Shown here: piece by piece, positions 1 to 9,379 of the stretch
Layout: every line of letters begins with the position of its first letter
Numbering within the stretch: the stretch's first letter is position 1
NCBI GenBank assembly: GCA_964650285.1
Contig: CAZYSP010000002.1
Coordinates: 9,827 to 73,826, forward strand
DNA from: an uncultured Methanosarcinales archaeon
GTDB taxonomy: Archaea > Nanobdellota > Nanobdellia > Woesearchaeales > GW2011-AR4
Direction: 5' to 3'
Length of the DNA stretch: 64,000 nucleotides
Program-made: the position numbers and the translations under genes
The notes under the pieces: generated by a model
Database searches by the model: none
What the model was told of the DNA's origin: nothing
The model's input: only the letters and a program-made list of their open reading frames with translations

Positions 1-159
1 CAAGGGACCTGTATATTAAATTAGAGTATTTGGAGAAAAAAGAGATATATAATGAGCTGACTGCGCTTTATAACAAATTAAGCAAGAGTAAGTGATATTT
101 GAGTTCTATAATTATGAAATTGATAAGTATTTTATATTGATTAAAGTTATTTTTACAAA

Positions 160-1284
160 ATGGATAAATCTATTGAGGCTAAAAAAGAGAAGAAAGATTT
201 TTTATTAGAGAGGATTAGAGAACTAGAGGAAAGAATATCCAAGACAAAGTACAATAAAAAGACGCAGCATGCCATTGGTTTGTACAAGGCGCAGCTTGCC
301 AAGCTAAAAGAAAAGCAGAGAGCAAGATCAAAGGGCAAAAAAGGGAAAGGTTATGCTGTAAGGAAAACAGGAGACGGAACTGTTGTTTTGCTGGGTTTTC
401 CGTCTGTTGGAAAAAGTACATTGCTTAATGCACTGACTAATGCCAAATCTCCTATAGGGCATTATGCCTTTACAACATTAACAGTTATTCCGGGAATTTT
501 AGATTATAAATATGCAAAGATGCAGGTCTTAGATGTACCAGGAGTTGTAAGAGGAGCTGCTGCAGGAACTGGTCGTGGAAAAGAGGTTTTGGCTGTAATA
601 AGGAATGCTGATCTTATTTTGTTTTTGATAGATGTTTTCCATCCAGAACATTTTGATGTATTAAAGAAAGAAGTTTACGATGCTGATGTCAGGATAAACC
701 AAAAATTTCCTGATGTTAAAATTGTCAAGACAGCAAGAGGAGGAATTAATATTGGTGCAACAGTGAAATTAACAAGAATAGATAAGAAAACTATAGAAGA
801 CATTCTTAAAGAGTTTAAGATTGTTAATGCAAATGTTGTTGTGAGGGAAGAGATTAATGCAGACCAGTTAATAGATGTCATTGAGGGTAATAAGGTGTAT
901 TTGCCAGCAATTACTGTGCTGAATAAGATTGATATGGTGACAGAAGAGGAGATAAAGAAAGCCAAAAATAGGATGAAGCCTGATATCTGCGTTTCAGCAG
1001 AGGAAAATACTGGAATTGGGGAATTAAAAGAGCTGATTTACAGGAAGCTGAGAATTATCAATGTATACCTTAAGGAGTTCAATAAAAAGGCTGATATGGA
1101 AGAGCCTTTGATAATGTGGGAAAATGCCACATTAAAGGATTTGTGCCTTAAACTGCATAAGGATTTTGCGGATAAGTTTAAGTTTGCCAAAGTGTGGGGC
1201 TCGTCTCGCTTCCCGGGTCAGCATATAACTAAATTAAGTTATGAGTTAAAAGATAAAGATATAATTGAGTTAAGGATGAAATAG
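160..1284 (+). CDS. OBG/DRG-family GTP-binding protein (developmentally regulated GTPase homolog with C-terminal TGS-like region)
   Basis: P-loop G1 motif GFPSVGKSTLLNALT, later DVPG (G3) and NKID (G4) motifs; length about 370 aa typical of archaeal DRG. Confidence 0.8.
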   Translation: MDKSIEAKKEKKDFLLERIRELEERISKTKYNKKTQHAIGLYKAQLAKLKEKQRARSKGKKGKGYAVRKTGDGTVVLLGFPSVGKSTLLNALTNAKSPIGHYAFTTLTVIPGILDYKYAKMQVLDVPGVVRGAAAGTGRGKEVLAVIRNADLILFLIDVFHPEHFDVLKKEVYDADVRINQKFPDVKIVKTARGGINIGATVKLTRIDKKTIEDILKEFKIVNANVVVREEINADQLIDVIEGNKVYLPAITVLNKIDMVTEEEIKKAKNRMKPDICVSAEENTGIGELKELIYRKLRIINVYLKEFNKKADMEEPLIMWENATLKDLCLKLHKDFADKFKFAKVWGSSRFPGQHITKLSYELKDKDIIELRMK

Positions 1285-1285
1285 C

Positions 1286-2188
1286 TCATGATAAACTCTG
1301 CAAATATTCTTTTTTTGTTTTAAAGCCGTGTTTTTTTGCTAATTTGTCAATGCCTTTTACAAAATTACTGCCGTACTGTGCTGCTTTCTTTTTGCGCCAT
1401 GCAAATTCTTTTTCTATTCCAAATTCTTCTGCTATTTCTCTTAGAATTATTTTTTTGTTTTCCTTATCAAGTTTGTACATTGGGTTAATATTCATTGCTG
1501 CTTTTATTATTTCTAAATCCATGTATGGTGTTTTTAATTCTATGCCAAGGTGTTTGGCAATTTTATAGTCTCTTAACAAGTCTCTATACCACATATTTTT
1601 AAGGCCGTTCCATGATTCTTTATGCACAGCTTCAAAATTATTTTTTTTCATAGCATCTTCATGTCTTGCATAACCAGCAAATATTTCTTCTGTTCCTAAA
1701 CCACCAAATAGTATTTTTATGTTATCTTGTAATGCTAGTTGTGCAGTTGCATACAGAACAGAACCGACAGAAACCCAAACAATTTCATCATTATTCAATA
1801 CCTTAATAGTATTTTTTATAATATACTCAAATTCTTCTAAACTTAAAATTTTATATTTTAAATCAAAGTTGTATTTATCTGCAATGCGTTTTGCATACTC
1901 TATATCTTGGGAATTTTCCAAGCCAATAGTAAAACAGGTAAAATTGTAATTATGCTTTTTGCATAAGAAAGCTATTAAGGTGCTGTCAATGCCGCCAGAA
2001 AATGATATTCCAAATTTTTCTATGTTTTTTGCTCTTGAAATTACTGTTTTTTCTATTAAATCTTTAAGTTTTCTTTTTGCCCTTTCCTTGTTTGTCTCTA
2101 GATTATCATACGCAGTTTCTATGGAAGAGGTGAGCTTTTCCCATTCTTCTTTTTTTATCAGATTGTTTTCTTTAATGTAGATTTCCAT
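1286..2188 (-). CDS. Asparagine synthetase-like PP-loop ATPase (synthetase domain only, no glutaminase domain)
   Basis: SGGIDS PP-loop motif and GTEEIFAGY resembling the AsnB GADELFgGY motif. Confidence 0.55.
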   Translation of the reverse strand: MEIYIKENNLIKKEEWEKLTSSIETAYDNLETNKERAKRKLKDLIEKTVISRAKNIEKFGISFSGGIDSTLIAFLCKKHNYNFTCFTIGLENSQDIEYAKRIADKYNFDLKYKILSLEEFEYIIKNTIKVLNNDEIVWVSVGSVLYATAQLALQDNIKILFGGLGTEEIFAGYARHEDAMKKNNFEAVHKESWNGLKNMWYRDLLRDYKIAKHLGIELKTPYMDLEIIKAAMNINPMYKLDKENKKIILREIAEEFGIEKEFAWRKKKAAQYGSNFVKGIDKLAKKHGFKTKKEYLQSLS

Positions 2189-2276
2189 TTGTTTAAGGAT
2201 ATAGTGTTATTTTAAAAAGTTTATTGATTATTCTGATTTCGACAGATTTAAATAATATAATTAAATAATTGTTAGA

Positions 2277-2525
2277 ATGGCAAAAAAAGAATCTAATGCG
2301 AGCAATGAAGAGCAGATTGGGTTTCATAAAGGTGCATTAACTACTTTAGCCAAAGAAAGGGAAGAGATGCTAAGGATACTGCAAATAGTTGAGCAGTTAA
2401 TGCAGATGCACATAAAATCATTAAATGAGCTAGGAGTGAATCTGGAAAAAGCAGCAAGGGACATGAAAAGTGGTTCTGGGAAGAAAGAGATAAAGAACGT
2501 GCCAATAGAAGATATTTTAAAGTAG
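2277..2525 (+). CDS. hypothetical small helical protein
   Basis: ORF only, no recognisable motif. Confidence 0.3.
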   Translation: MAKKESNASNEEQIGFHKGALTTLAKEREEMLRILQIVEQLMQMHIKSLNELGVNLEKAARDMKSGSGKKEIKNVPIEDILK

Positions 2526-2552
2526 GTTTTGATTCTTATTAATCTGGTATAA

Positions 2553-2981
2553 ATGAAATATTCATTTACTTGTTATGGGCATGAAAATATTACATCAAAG
2601 CATAAAACTACATTGGAGTTTACAAAAGATAAGGATTTAAGGTTAGATGGTGATTGTATTGTTGGTGTTAGGGCTGATTTTAATTTAGAGGAAATCAAGA
2701 GATTCATTAAGAAATTAAACAATAATAAAACTACAATAATAATAAAAACAATGGATAATAAAACAAATAAAATAAAAAATAATAAAATAATTGAGAAGAT
2801 AAATGCTGAGATTAATCCGGGCTTTAATTCTGGCAAAGAGATGGTAATCAGGAAGACTGATTTTGTTTCTGAGAGGACTTTTGCTATAAAGTCAGATAAA
2901 GCTGCTTTTGAGTTAAATAATGATTTAATTGTGTTTTTGAAGAAAAAAATGAGTAAAGTAAGGGTTATTGTTGAAAATTAA
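2553..2981 (+). CDS. DUF371-like archaeal protein
   Basis: N-terminal pattern GHENI..HKTTLEFTKD..L...GDCIVGV recalls the archaeal DUF371 family; Asn/Lys low-complexity insert. Confidence 0.4.
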   Translation: MKYSFTCYGHENITSKHKTTLEFTKDKDLRLDGDCIVGVRADFNLEEIKRFIKKLNNNKTTIIIKTMDNKTNKIKNNKIIEKINAEINPGFNSGKEMVIRKTDFVSERTFAIKSDKAAFELNNDLIVFLKKKMSKVRVIVEN

Positions 2982-2990
2982 TTTGGAGAA

Positions 2991-3446
2991 TTATAATACG
3001 GAGTTTATTCTTCTGCTCTTATTAATATAATTTAGAATCCTGCTTGTTGTATATTTCCCAGTCCCTAAGAAATAATTGTTGTGTTTTATTATCACAAAAC
3101 CGGAATAATTTCCATTGATTTCCAAATCTTCTCCATGTAACCATTGTTTTGCTTGTTCTTCATCAACTTCCACAATGTTTTTTTCTGCTTTTAGACCAAC
3201 CATCTGGGAACCTTCAATGCTTAACCTTATGCCAAGTTTGTCAATTTCGCAAAAATACATCCCAACAGAATTAATCCTTAATTTCGAGAAATCTATTTTT
3301 GAAATGTCCCTGTTAACAATAAAAATCCTGTTTTTTGTATTCTTTAGAAAAGCATAGTCGGGCTTTAATTTAGCTCCCCACTGGGCTTCTATTAATTTGA
3401 GAATTTCTTTTATTTCCTTGCTGTTGATGATTTTTAGCTGGGGCAT
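2991..3446 (-). CDS. hypothetical protein, possibly NIP7/UPF0113-like PUA-domain protein
   Basis: weak similarity pattern (LSIEGSQ..., WLHGEDL) to the archaeal UPF0113 family; low confidence. Confidence 0.3.
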   Translation of the reverse strand: MPQLKIINSKEIKEILKLIEAQWGAKLKPDYAFLKNTKNRIFIVNRDISKIDFSKLRINSVGMYFCEIDKLGIRLSIEGSQMVGLKAEKNIVEVDEEQAKQWLHGEDLEINGNYSGFVIIKHNNYFLGTGKYTTSRILNYINKSRRINSVL

Positions 3447-3461
3447 TTTGAATTTAGAGTA

Positions 3462-5222
3462 TCAAACTCCCCACATGGGATTTTTTTCCCTCATTATGGA
3501 TGCTATTTCTTTCAAAATTCCTATTTCTTCCTGTGACAGGTGCTTCTTAAACTCTTTTAGTTTTCTGAAGTCTTCTTCCGGTACAGCCGAATAAAGAATA
3601 TCCCCTTCATTTATTTGCCTGCCTACAGTAACCTTGGGTAATGAAATGGCAACCTGCTTTCCTTTCTCTGCTTCATTAATATTCTCCTGATTTTCCTGAA
3701 TGCTTTTTATTTCTGTTATTTTGTTTCCATCTTTTTTCATCAATGGCGTGTCAACTTTTATTTTTCCTTCTAAGACCTCGGCTCCGACAACAGCCGGATT
3801 ATTCTGCCTGAATACATAACCTTTCATAATTTGCATTTTACAGGGCCTGACCAAGAACTCTATTTCTTTTCCTTCTATTCTTTTTCTCTCTTGTTCCTGG
3901 TATTTTTCAAAATCCTCAATTAATTTGTAAATAACATTGTTTTTTATGACTTTGACATTTTTTACCTGCACGTCCGGCATTAGCTCAACATTAAATCCAA
4001 GAACTGCTGCATGTAATGGGTCTTTTTCGTAGCTTATTGATGCGTCAGAGATGTCTTTTTTTGAAATATTGCCGATAGATGCTTTTTTTACAGGGATGTT
4101 TTTTTCTTTTAGTAGTTTAGTTAGTGCTTCCAAACTTCCCAATGAATCTGCTTTTATCACTATGCCTTGCATGTCTGTTTCAATTATAACTTCTTCCACT
4201 TCTTTTTTTATTTCCTGCTTTACTTTTTCTATCTCGTTTTCTGAACATGATCTTAATGGCATTCCTGCAACTACATTTTCCAGTTCAGGGGAGAAAATCT
4301 TAACTCCAGAAGCTGCTAAAACCTGTTTGACAGAACTAAACTTTGTTTTTTTATCCCTCATGTCTGCCAGAGGTATTGGTTCTAATAATGCTTTTACTTT
4401 TGTTGCTATTGGCTCGTCCAGGGTTCCTATTACAATGATATCATTCTGCTTTAGAGTTCCGTCATAAATAATTACATCTATTGTTTTTCCTATGCTTTTT
4501 TCTTCCTTAACTTCCAATATAGTACCACGGGCATTTCCTTTTATGTTTATTTTTAGACTCTGCTCCATAAATTTCTGGGCTAGGCCTGTAAGAACCATTA
4601 AAAGTTCTGGGATGCCTTCTCCTGTTTTTGCTGAAGTTGGAACAATTGCTATTTGCTTTGTGTAGTCCTCTATCCTATCAAAGCGTTCTGCATTAAAGCC
4701 CAGCTCTGAAAGCTTTCCAACGAGCTCATAAAGTTTTGTATCCAAAAGTTTTTGAATAGTTTCTGACTGGGAGTTTATGTTTTGGAGCAAGAATATGTTT
4801 TTGCTCTGCCATCCCTGCAGCAGGTCTATTTTGTTTAAGGCAATAATGAAGGGCGTTTTATACTGCTTTAGTATGTCAATACATTCCAATGTCTGGGGCA
4901 TAATGCCCTCACTTATGTTTATAACCAAGATGGCTATATCAGCCAGATTTCCTCCTCGCTTTCTTAATGAGGTAAAGGCTGCATGGCCTGGAGTGTCGAT
5001 GAAAAGCAGTCCTGGAATGGTAAGATTCAATTTTAGTGTGTCCAGAAGCTTACCGCACAGTTTTTTGATTATTTCTAAAGGTATATTGCTGGAGCCAATA
5101 TGCTGGGTAATTTTTCCAGCTTCTGTTTTGGTGATAGAGCTCTGCCTAATATAATCCTGCAAGCTTGTTTTTCCATGGTCTATATGACCGACAAAAGTTA
5201 TTATTGGTTGCCTTAATTTCAT
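3462..5222 (-). CDS. infB: Translation initiation factor aIF5B (IF-2 homolog)
   Basis: N-terminus MKLRQPIITFVGHIDHGKTSL with GHVDHGKT-type P-loop, DTPGH, NKID motifs; about 590 aa typical of aIF5B. Confidence 0.9.
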   Translation of the reverse strand: MKLRQPIITFVGHIDHGKTSLQDYIRQSSITKTEAGKITQHIGSSNIPLEIIKKLCGKLLDTLKLNLTIPGLLFIDTPGHAAFTSLRKRGGNLADIAILVINISEGIMPQTLECIDILKQYKTPFIIALNKIDLLQGWQSKNIFLLQNINSQSETIQKLLDTKLYELVGKLSELGFNAERFDRIEDYTKQIAIVPTSAKTGEGIPELLMVLTGLAQKFMEQSLKINIKGNARGTILEVKEEKSIGKTIDVIIYDGTLKQNDIIVIGTLDEPIATKVKALLEPIPLADMRDKKTKFSSVKQVLAASGVKIFSPELENVVAGMPLRSCSENEIEKVKQEIKKEVEEVIIETDMQGIVIKADSLGSLEALTKLLKEKNIPVKKASIGNISKKDISDASISYEKDPLHAAVLGFNVELMPDVQVKNVKVIKNNVIYKLIEDFEKYQEQERKRIEGKEIEFLVRPCKMQIMKGYVFRQNNPAVVGAEVLEGKIKVDTPLMKKDGNKITEIKSIQENQENINEAEKGKQVAISLPKVTVGRQINEGDILYSAVPEEDFRKLKEFKKHLSQEEIGILKEIASIMREKNPMWGV

Positions 5223-5337
5223 ATTAAATAGTAATAGAATTTGTTTTTTAAAGGTTGTTATTATTATGTATATTAAAATATAGAAATATTTAAATACAAG
5301 ATACCATTTCAGAATAGTATCAGTTTGAGGTGGTTAA

Positions 5338-5682
5338 ATGTTGAGTCACAGAATCTTATTTGTTGTGTTTCTTGTATTTGGCTTGATTGGGGCTATTAGA
5401 ATCAGCGATCCTGTTGGCTCTGATGATTTATTTTTTGTGCACGTCAATGTTAATAATGAGGGAACAAGGGATTTAGATGATTTAAGTGTAAGAGTGCTTT
5501 TTTATGATTTGGGCATTATTTTGCAAACAAATTCCTTTGACTTAGATGATGGTGATTCAACTGGAAAACTTATTTTCTGGGATGCACCTAGTTATATTAA
5601 GCCGGGAAATTATTTGGTTAGGATAACTGCGAGCAATGATGATGTCGGGGAAGTAAGGCACAGGATTGTTACTATTGCTTAA
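5338..5682 (+). CDS. hypothetical secreted protein (N-terminal signal/TM segment)
   Basis: hydrophobic N-terminus, no recognised domain. Confidence 0.35.
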   Translation: MLSHRILFVVFLVFGLIGAIRISDPVGSDDLFFVHVNVNNEGTRDLDDLSVRVLFYDLGIILQTNSFDLDDGDSTGKLIFWDAPSYIKPGNYLVRITASNDDVGEVRHRIVTIA

Positions 5683-5763
5683 ATTCAGTAGGTTTTATCC
5701 AATTTTTTCTTAATTTTTAATTAAATAGATAATCTTTTATTTGAATTAATATTCTAATGTTCT

Positions 5764-6705
5764 ATGTATGAAATTGTAAGGGAAGGGAACGCAGTTATAA
5801 AGATAAAGAAAGCTAGTAAGGTGTCCAAGGAAATGGATGTTTTCTATAATCCTGTTATGGGGATTAATAGAAGCATTTCGGTTTTATTGTTAAATTCTAT
5901 AAGGAAGAAAAATATGCAGATTGCATTGCCTCTAGCAGGATCCGGCATCAGAGGGATAAGATTTTTGAAAGAGTTAAAGAAGAATAAAATCAAGAGTATA
6001 AGTTTTAATGATTATAACATAAAAGCAGTAAATTCAATTAAAAATAATTTGAATCTCAATAAAATCAACAAATTTACAATGCTTGGAAATCAAAGATTTC
6101 CGGCACCAACTTCGTTGGTAATAAAAAATATAGTAAATAACTCCAATAATAACAAAAAAGCAATAAAAAAATTCGACAATAATTCAATAAACAATAAAAA
6201 AATAATAATTTTCAATGAAGATGCCAACTTGTTCTTATTAAATTCTAGTGGTTTTGATTATATTGATATTGACCCATTTGGAACTTCTAATTCTTATGTT
6301 GATGCTGCAATTAAGAGAATTTCCAGGAATGGTATCTTGGCTGTGACAAATACAGATACAGCAGCTTTGACAGGAACTTATCCAAAAGCATGTATGAGGA
6401 AATACTGGAGCACGCCTAAAAGGGATTACATGATGCATGAGACTGGATTGAGGATATTAATCAGGAAGATACAGTTAGTGGGGATGCAGTATGAAAAGGC
6501 TTTAGTACCAATATTTTCGTATTTTAAGGAGCATTATTTCAGGATTTTCTTTCAGTGTGTTAAAGGAAAGAAGTTATGTGATGAAATAGCTGCAAAGCAT
6601 GGAATGTTTAATGGTGCTGGGCCTTTGTGGTTAGGAAGTTTGTGGGATAGTAAGTTAGTCAATAAAATGTATAGTACATTATTAAAGAGCCCCAATAAAA
6701 AATGA
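5764..6705 (+). CDS. trm1: tRNA (guanine26-N2)-dimethyltransferase Trm1, N-terminal 313 codons (reading frame interrupted)
   Basis: Start YEIVREGNAVIKIKK...VFYNPVMGINRSISV and later GPLWLGSLWD match Trm1; ends prematurely at TGA 6703-6705 next to an A6 run. Confidence 0.8.
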   Translation: MYEIVREGNAVIKIKKASKVSKEMDVFYNPVMGINRSISVLLLNSIRKKNMQIALPLAGSGIRGIRFLKELKKNKIKSISFNDYNIKAVNSIKNNLNLNKINKFTMLGNQRFPAPTSLVIKNIVNNSNNNKKAIKKFDNNSINNKKIIIFNEDANLFLLNSSGFDYIDIDPFGTSNSYVDAAIKRISRNGILAVTNTDTAALTGTYPKACMRKYWSTPKRDYMMHETGLRILIRKIQLVGMQYEKALVPIFSYFKEHYFRIFFQCVKGKKLCDEIAAKHGMFNGAGPLWLGSLWDSKLVNKMYSTLLKSPNKK

Positions 6706-7024
6706 TGCAGTGAAAATAAGTACAATAATAAATAAAAATAATCGAACAATGAAAAATAAAACAATGATAAACACCAATAAAAATAATAATGAACTATTGA
6801 AATTCTTAAAAATTATTAAAGAGGAATCTAAAATAAATGCTGTTGGGTTTTATGATATACACCAGATAGCGAAAAATAAAAAATCAAGAACAATAGTGAG
6901 AAAAGAAGAGTTTATTAGAAAAATAAGGAAAAAAAGATTTAAGGCTTCTAGTACTCATTTCTCAGGTACCGGAGTTAGGTCCAATATTTCCTATGATAAA
7001 TTATTGATGTTGTTAAAAGAATAG
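6686..7024 (+). CDS. trm1: Trm1 C-terminal segment in the +1 frame (continuation of the interrupted trm1)
   Basis: C-terminal FKASSTHFSGTGVRSN resembles the conserved Trm1 C-terminus (..aSrTHFdptgiKTdap..); frame open from 6686, overlapping the upstream stop. Confidence 0.6.
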   Translation, partial: RAPIKNDAVKISTIINKNNRTMKNKTMINTNKNNNELLKFLKIIKEESKINAVGFYDIHQIAKNKKSRTIVRKEEFIRKIRKKRFKASSTHFSGTGVRSNISYDKLLMLLKE

Positions 7025-7113
7025 ATTTTTATATTAGATATTCCGTAGTATAGATTATTATTGCTGAAAAAAAGAGGCAAGATGAAAAAAAGGGAATTAA
7101 GTTTAATACTAAT

Positions 7114-7878
7114 TTGATTTATTTAATAATAGTCATTATAGTTATTCTTATGCTTGTTTTAGGAAGAAAGGGTGGAGAAGAGATTGAGGTCTTGGAAGAA
7201 AATCTAGGCTTAGAAGAAGGTGCAGGCTCTGGGTTTTTGGAGATAGAAACTATGCCAGATAATGCGGAAATATTTCTGGATGATGATTATAGTGGTGCAA
7301 GTCCAACTACTGTATACAATGTTCCTGCTGGACAGCATAATGTTGTTATAAAAAAAGAAGGCTATGAAGATTTTGTAAGCGAGGTGAGCATAGAAGCAGG
7401 CAGGAAAGCTTTTCTGGAAGCTAGTTTAGTATTAATGCCAGTTACTGAAGAAAAGGTTGAGATTATAGACATTATAGAGGGTGATGTTGAAGTTATAGGG
7501 TTCGTTGAAGAAGAAGAAACCTTAACAGAAACTCCAGAAGCTAGTAACATAATAAACATTGGTGAGAAATTTTTGCTTTATTATGATTTCAGTGAAAAAG
7601 AATTTACAGATAAAAGAAATTTTGATCAGGATATTTTCTCACAAAGGAACACTAGACATTTTGTTTTTACAAGGATTAACCCTGCAAATATAAAGGCTGT
7701 TGAGAAAGATATTGGTGATGTTGAGAAAGAAGATTGTGTTGGAATAAGAGGCCAGTTTGAATGGCTGTATTCTGGGCAGAGTTTGTGCATCATAACAAAA
7801 GAAAACAACATAGTGGCATTAGGCGGAACTTGGGATGAGACAAAAAATACAGATCTTAAGTGGAAGGTGTTGAGCTAA
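7114..7878 (+). CDS. membrane-anchored PEGA-domain protein
   Basis: N-terminal TM helix; PEGA-like block VYNVPAGQHNVVIKKEGYEDF. Confidence 0.45.
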   Translation: MIYLIIVIIVILMLVLGRKGGEEIEVLEENLGLEEGAGSGFLEIETMPDNAEIFLDDDYSGASPTTVYNVPAGQHNVVIKKEGYEDFVSEVSIEAGRKAFLEASLVLMPVTEEKVEIIDIIEGDVEVIGFVEEEETLTETPEASNIINIGEKFLLYYDFSEKEFTDKRNFDQDIFSQRNTRHFVFTRINPANIKAVEKDIGDVEKEDCVGIRGQFEWLYSGQSLCIITKENNIVALGGTWDETKNTDLKWKVLS

Positions 7879-7884
7879 TACTCA

Positions 7885-7950
7885 ACACTTCAAGCCTCCC
7901 CATTAGTGCAGCACAACATTATAAGCCCACCCCAACAGAAGATCAAATTA
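7885..7950. repeat. partial copy (3' half) of the GC-rich intergenic repeat family also seen at 13638, 15306 and 15974
   Basis: shares AACACTT..AGTGCAG..ACAACATT and the C-rich GCCCACCCC block with copies B and C. Confidence 0.3.
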
Positions 7951-7962
7951 TTACACAACTAG

Positions 7963-8241
7963 CTAGCCAATAGCTCTTCTTATATCAATTGCTTCAACAG
8001 AATTAACACCAGAAATTGTTTTTATGCTTTCTTCTAATGGTTCGGTTGAACCTTTGCTTTCGTCCATTACAAAGATTATTTTTAATGCTTTTAGCCCAAA
8101 AGCTATTGGCTCAAGTTCTGTTTTAGTTTCTGTATTTCCTGCAAATTTTTTGATTTCTTCTTCTGCTTTATTTTGAATTAAAGAAAACTCGACTTCTGGA
8201 CTTTCCGGCATTATTTTTAATGTTACAACTACATTGGCCAT
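7963..8241 (-). CDS. ef1b: Elongation factor 1-beta (aEF-1beta)
   Basis: MANVVVTLKIMPESPEV...GLKALKI...VEAIDIRRA typical aEF1B; start taken at the internal Met (8241), not the longer ORF start. Confidence 0.85.
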   Translation of the reverse strand: MANVVVTLKIMPESPEVEFSLIQNKAEEEIKKFAGNTETKTELEPIAFGLKALKIIFVMDESKGSTEPLEESIKTISGVNSVEAIDIRRAIG

Positions 8242-8242
8242 T

Positions 8243-8419
8243 TTAATTGGGACCTTCAAATTGACATTGAGAACATGTATACTTAGCCGCTATTTCCCTG
8301 CAATGCATGCATCTAATAATTTCCTGCTTATTGCAGTTAGGGCAATTAAATGCAGCTGAGCCTTTTGAATTTGTAACATTCTTTTTGCACGATGAGCATA
8401 CTGCTTTTTCTTTTGACAT
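8243..8419 (-). CDS. Zn-ribbon RNA-binding protein (COG2888-like), 58 aa, not in the supplied ORF track
   Basis: Hand translation MSKEKAVCSSCKKNVTNSKGSAAFNCPNCNKQEIIRCMHCREIAAKYTCSQCQFEGPN; paired CxxC motifs; conserved archaeal position just upstream of EF-1beta. Confidence 0.7.
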   Translation of the reverse strand: MSKEKAVCSSCKKNVTNSKGSAAFNCPNCNKQEIIRCMHCREIAAKYTCSQCQFEGPN

Positions 8420-8563
8420 GCTTTTTAGTATTTGAGTTTCATTTATAAAGGTTTTTAATTGGTATAGTTGCCAGTTAGCCGCAATAATTCACAAACTACA
8501 ATATTCCTATAGTGATATTTTTAACAATTGGTTATTTATATCAGTATTATTATCCAGTAGCAT

Positions 8564-9376
8564 ATGTATTTGCCAACTACTCACATTGGTGGATTGCCGT
8601 ATACTGGAGAGAATAGTATTCAGAAAGCTGTAGATTTAAGTGTTGAATGTTTTGATATACCTTTTTTGCCTGAACTAGGATCAAAAGGAGATAATATAGA
8701 TAGTCCTATTAAAAATCCAGGCAAATTAAGTTGTCTGGATGAGTTTGTAAAACGTATAGGAGATGGAACATATGAAACAGTAAAAATTCAAATTGCTGGT
8801 CCTGTAACAGCATATAAATATGATAAATACTTTAGCAGTTGTATCGATCACCTTAATGCTATAAAGAATGTTCTTCCTTCGAATATAAAAGAAGTTGTAG
8901 TTTTTGCAGATGAACCAAGTTTATCTGATGTAGTTTTTGATTTTGATTATGAATGTTTGCATAAGGACTGGTTAGCAATTGCCGAATCTTTAAAAACTGA
9001 ATCTTTTAAAATCAAAACTGGAATTCATTCATGTGGTGATCTAACTGATAGGATGGAATTACGTAGATTTGATGCATTATTTAATTCTGAAATTAATATT
9101 ATAAATGTTGATGCATCAAAGTATGATACTACAAAATATCCAAATTATAGGGGTGATGAAAATAAGAGTAAAAGAATAGCATGGGGGGTAGATTTTGGTA
9201 ATGACTTAAGATTTAAAAATATAAATGAAATTGTTGAGTACCTTGGACAACATGCTCAAGATGGAGACTTATTGACGCCGCCTTGTGGTTGGAGTCATAG
9301 ATTATACAATGAGGGTGATGTTATGGGGGGTGTTGAAACGCTAAAAGCAGTTCAGTCTCGTTTGAATGAATTATAA
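8564..9376 (+). CDS. MetE-like (cobalamin-independent methionine synthase C-terminal-domain family) protein
   Basis: LPTTHIGGLPYTG at the N-terminus (MetE lPtTtIGSfPR motif), IHSCGD and C-terminal PPCGWSH resembling MetE zinc-ligand motifs. Confidence 0.45.
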   Translation: MYLPTTHIGGLPYTGENSIQKAVDLSVECFDIPFLPELGSKGDNIDSPIKNPGKLSCLDEFVKRIGDGTYETVKIQIAGPVTAYKYDKYFSSCIDHLNAIKNVLPSNIKEVVVFADEPSLSDVVFDFDYECLHKDWLAIAESLKTESFKIKTGIHSCGDLTDRMELRRFDALFNSEINIINVDASKYDTTKYPNYRGDENKSKRIAWGVDFGNDLRFKNINEIVEYLGQHAQDGDLLTPPCGWSHRLYNEGDVMGGVETLKAVQSRLNEL

Positions 9377-9379
9377 TTT

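Noticed and set aside
215-965. Antisense ORFs (215-421, 675-965) inside the DRG GTPase gene
   Set aside because: They lie opposite a strongly supported coding gene. They have hydrophobic or low-complexity translations typical of shadow ORFs in AT-rich DNA.
4051-5154. Plus-strand ORFs 4051-4467 and 4777-5154 within infB
   Set aside because: They are antisense to aIF5B, which has unambiguous GTPase motifs. Ser/Phe-rich translations.
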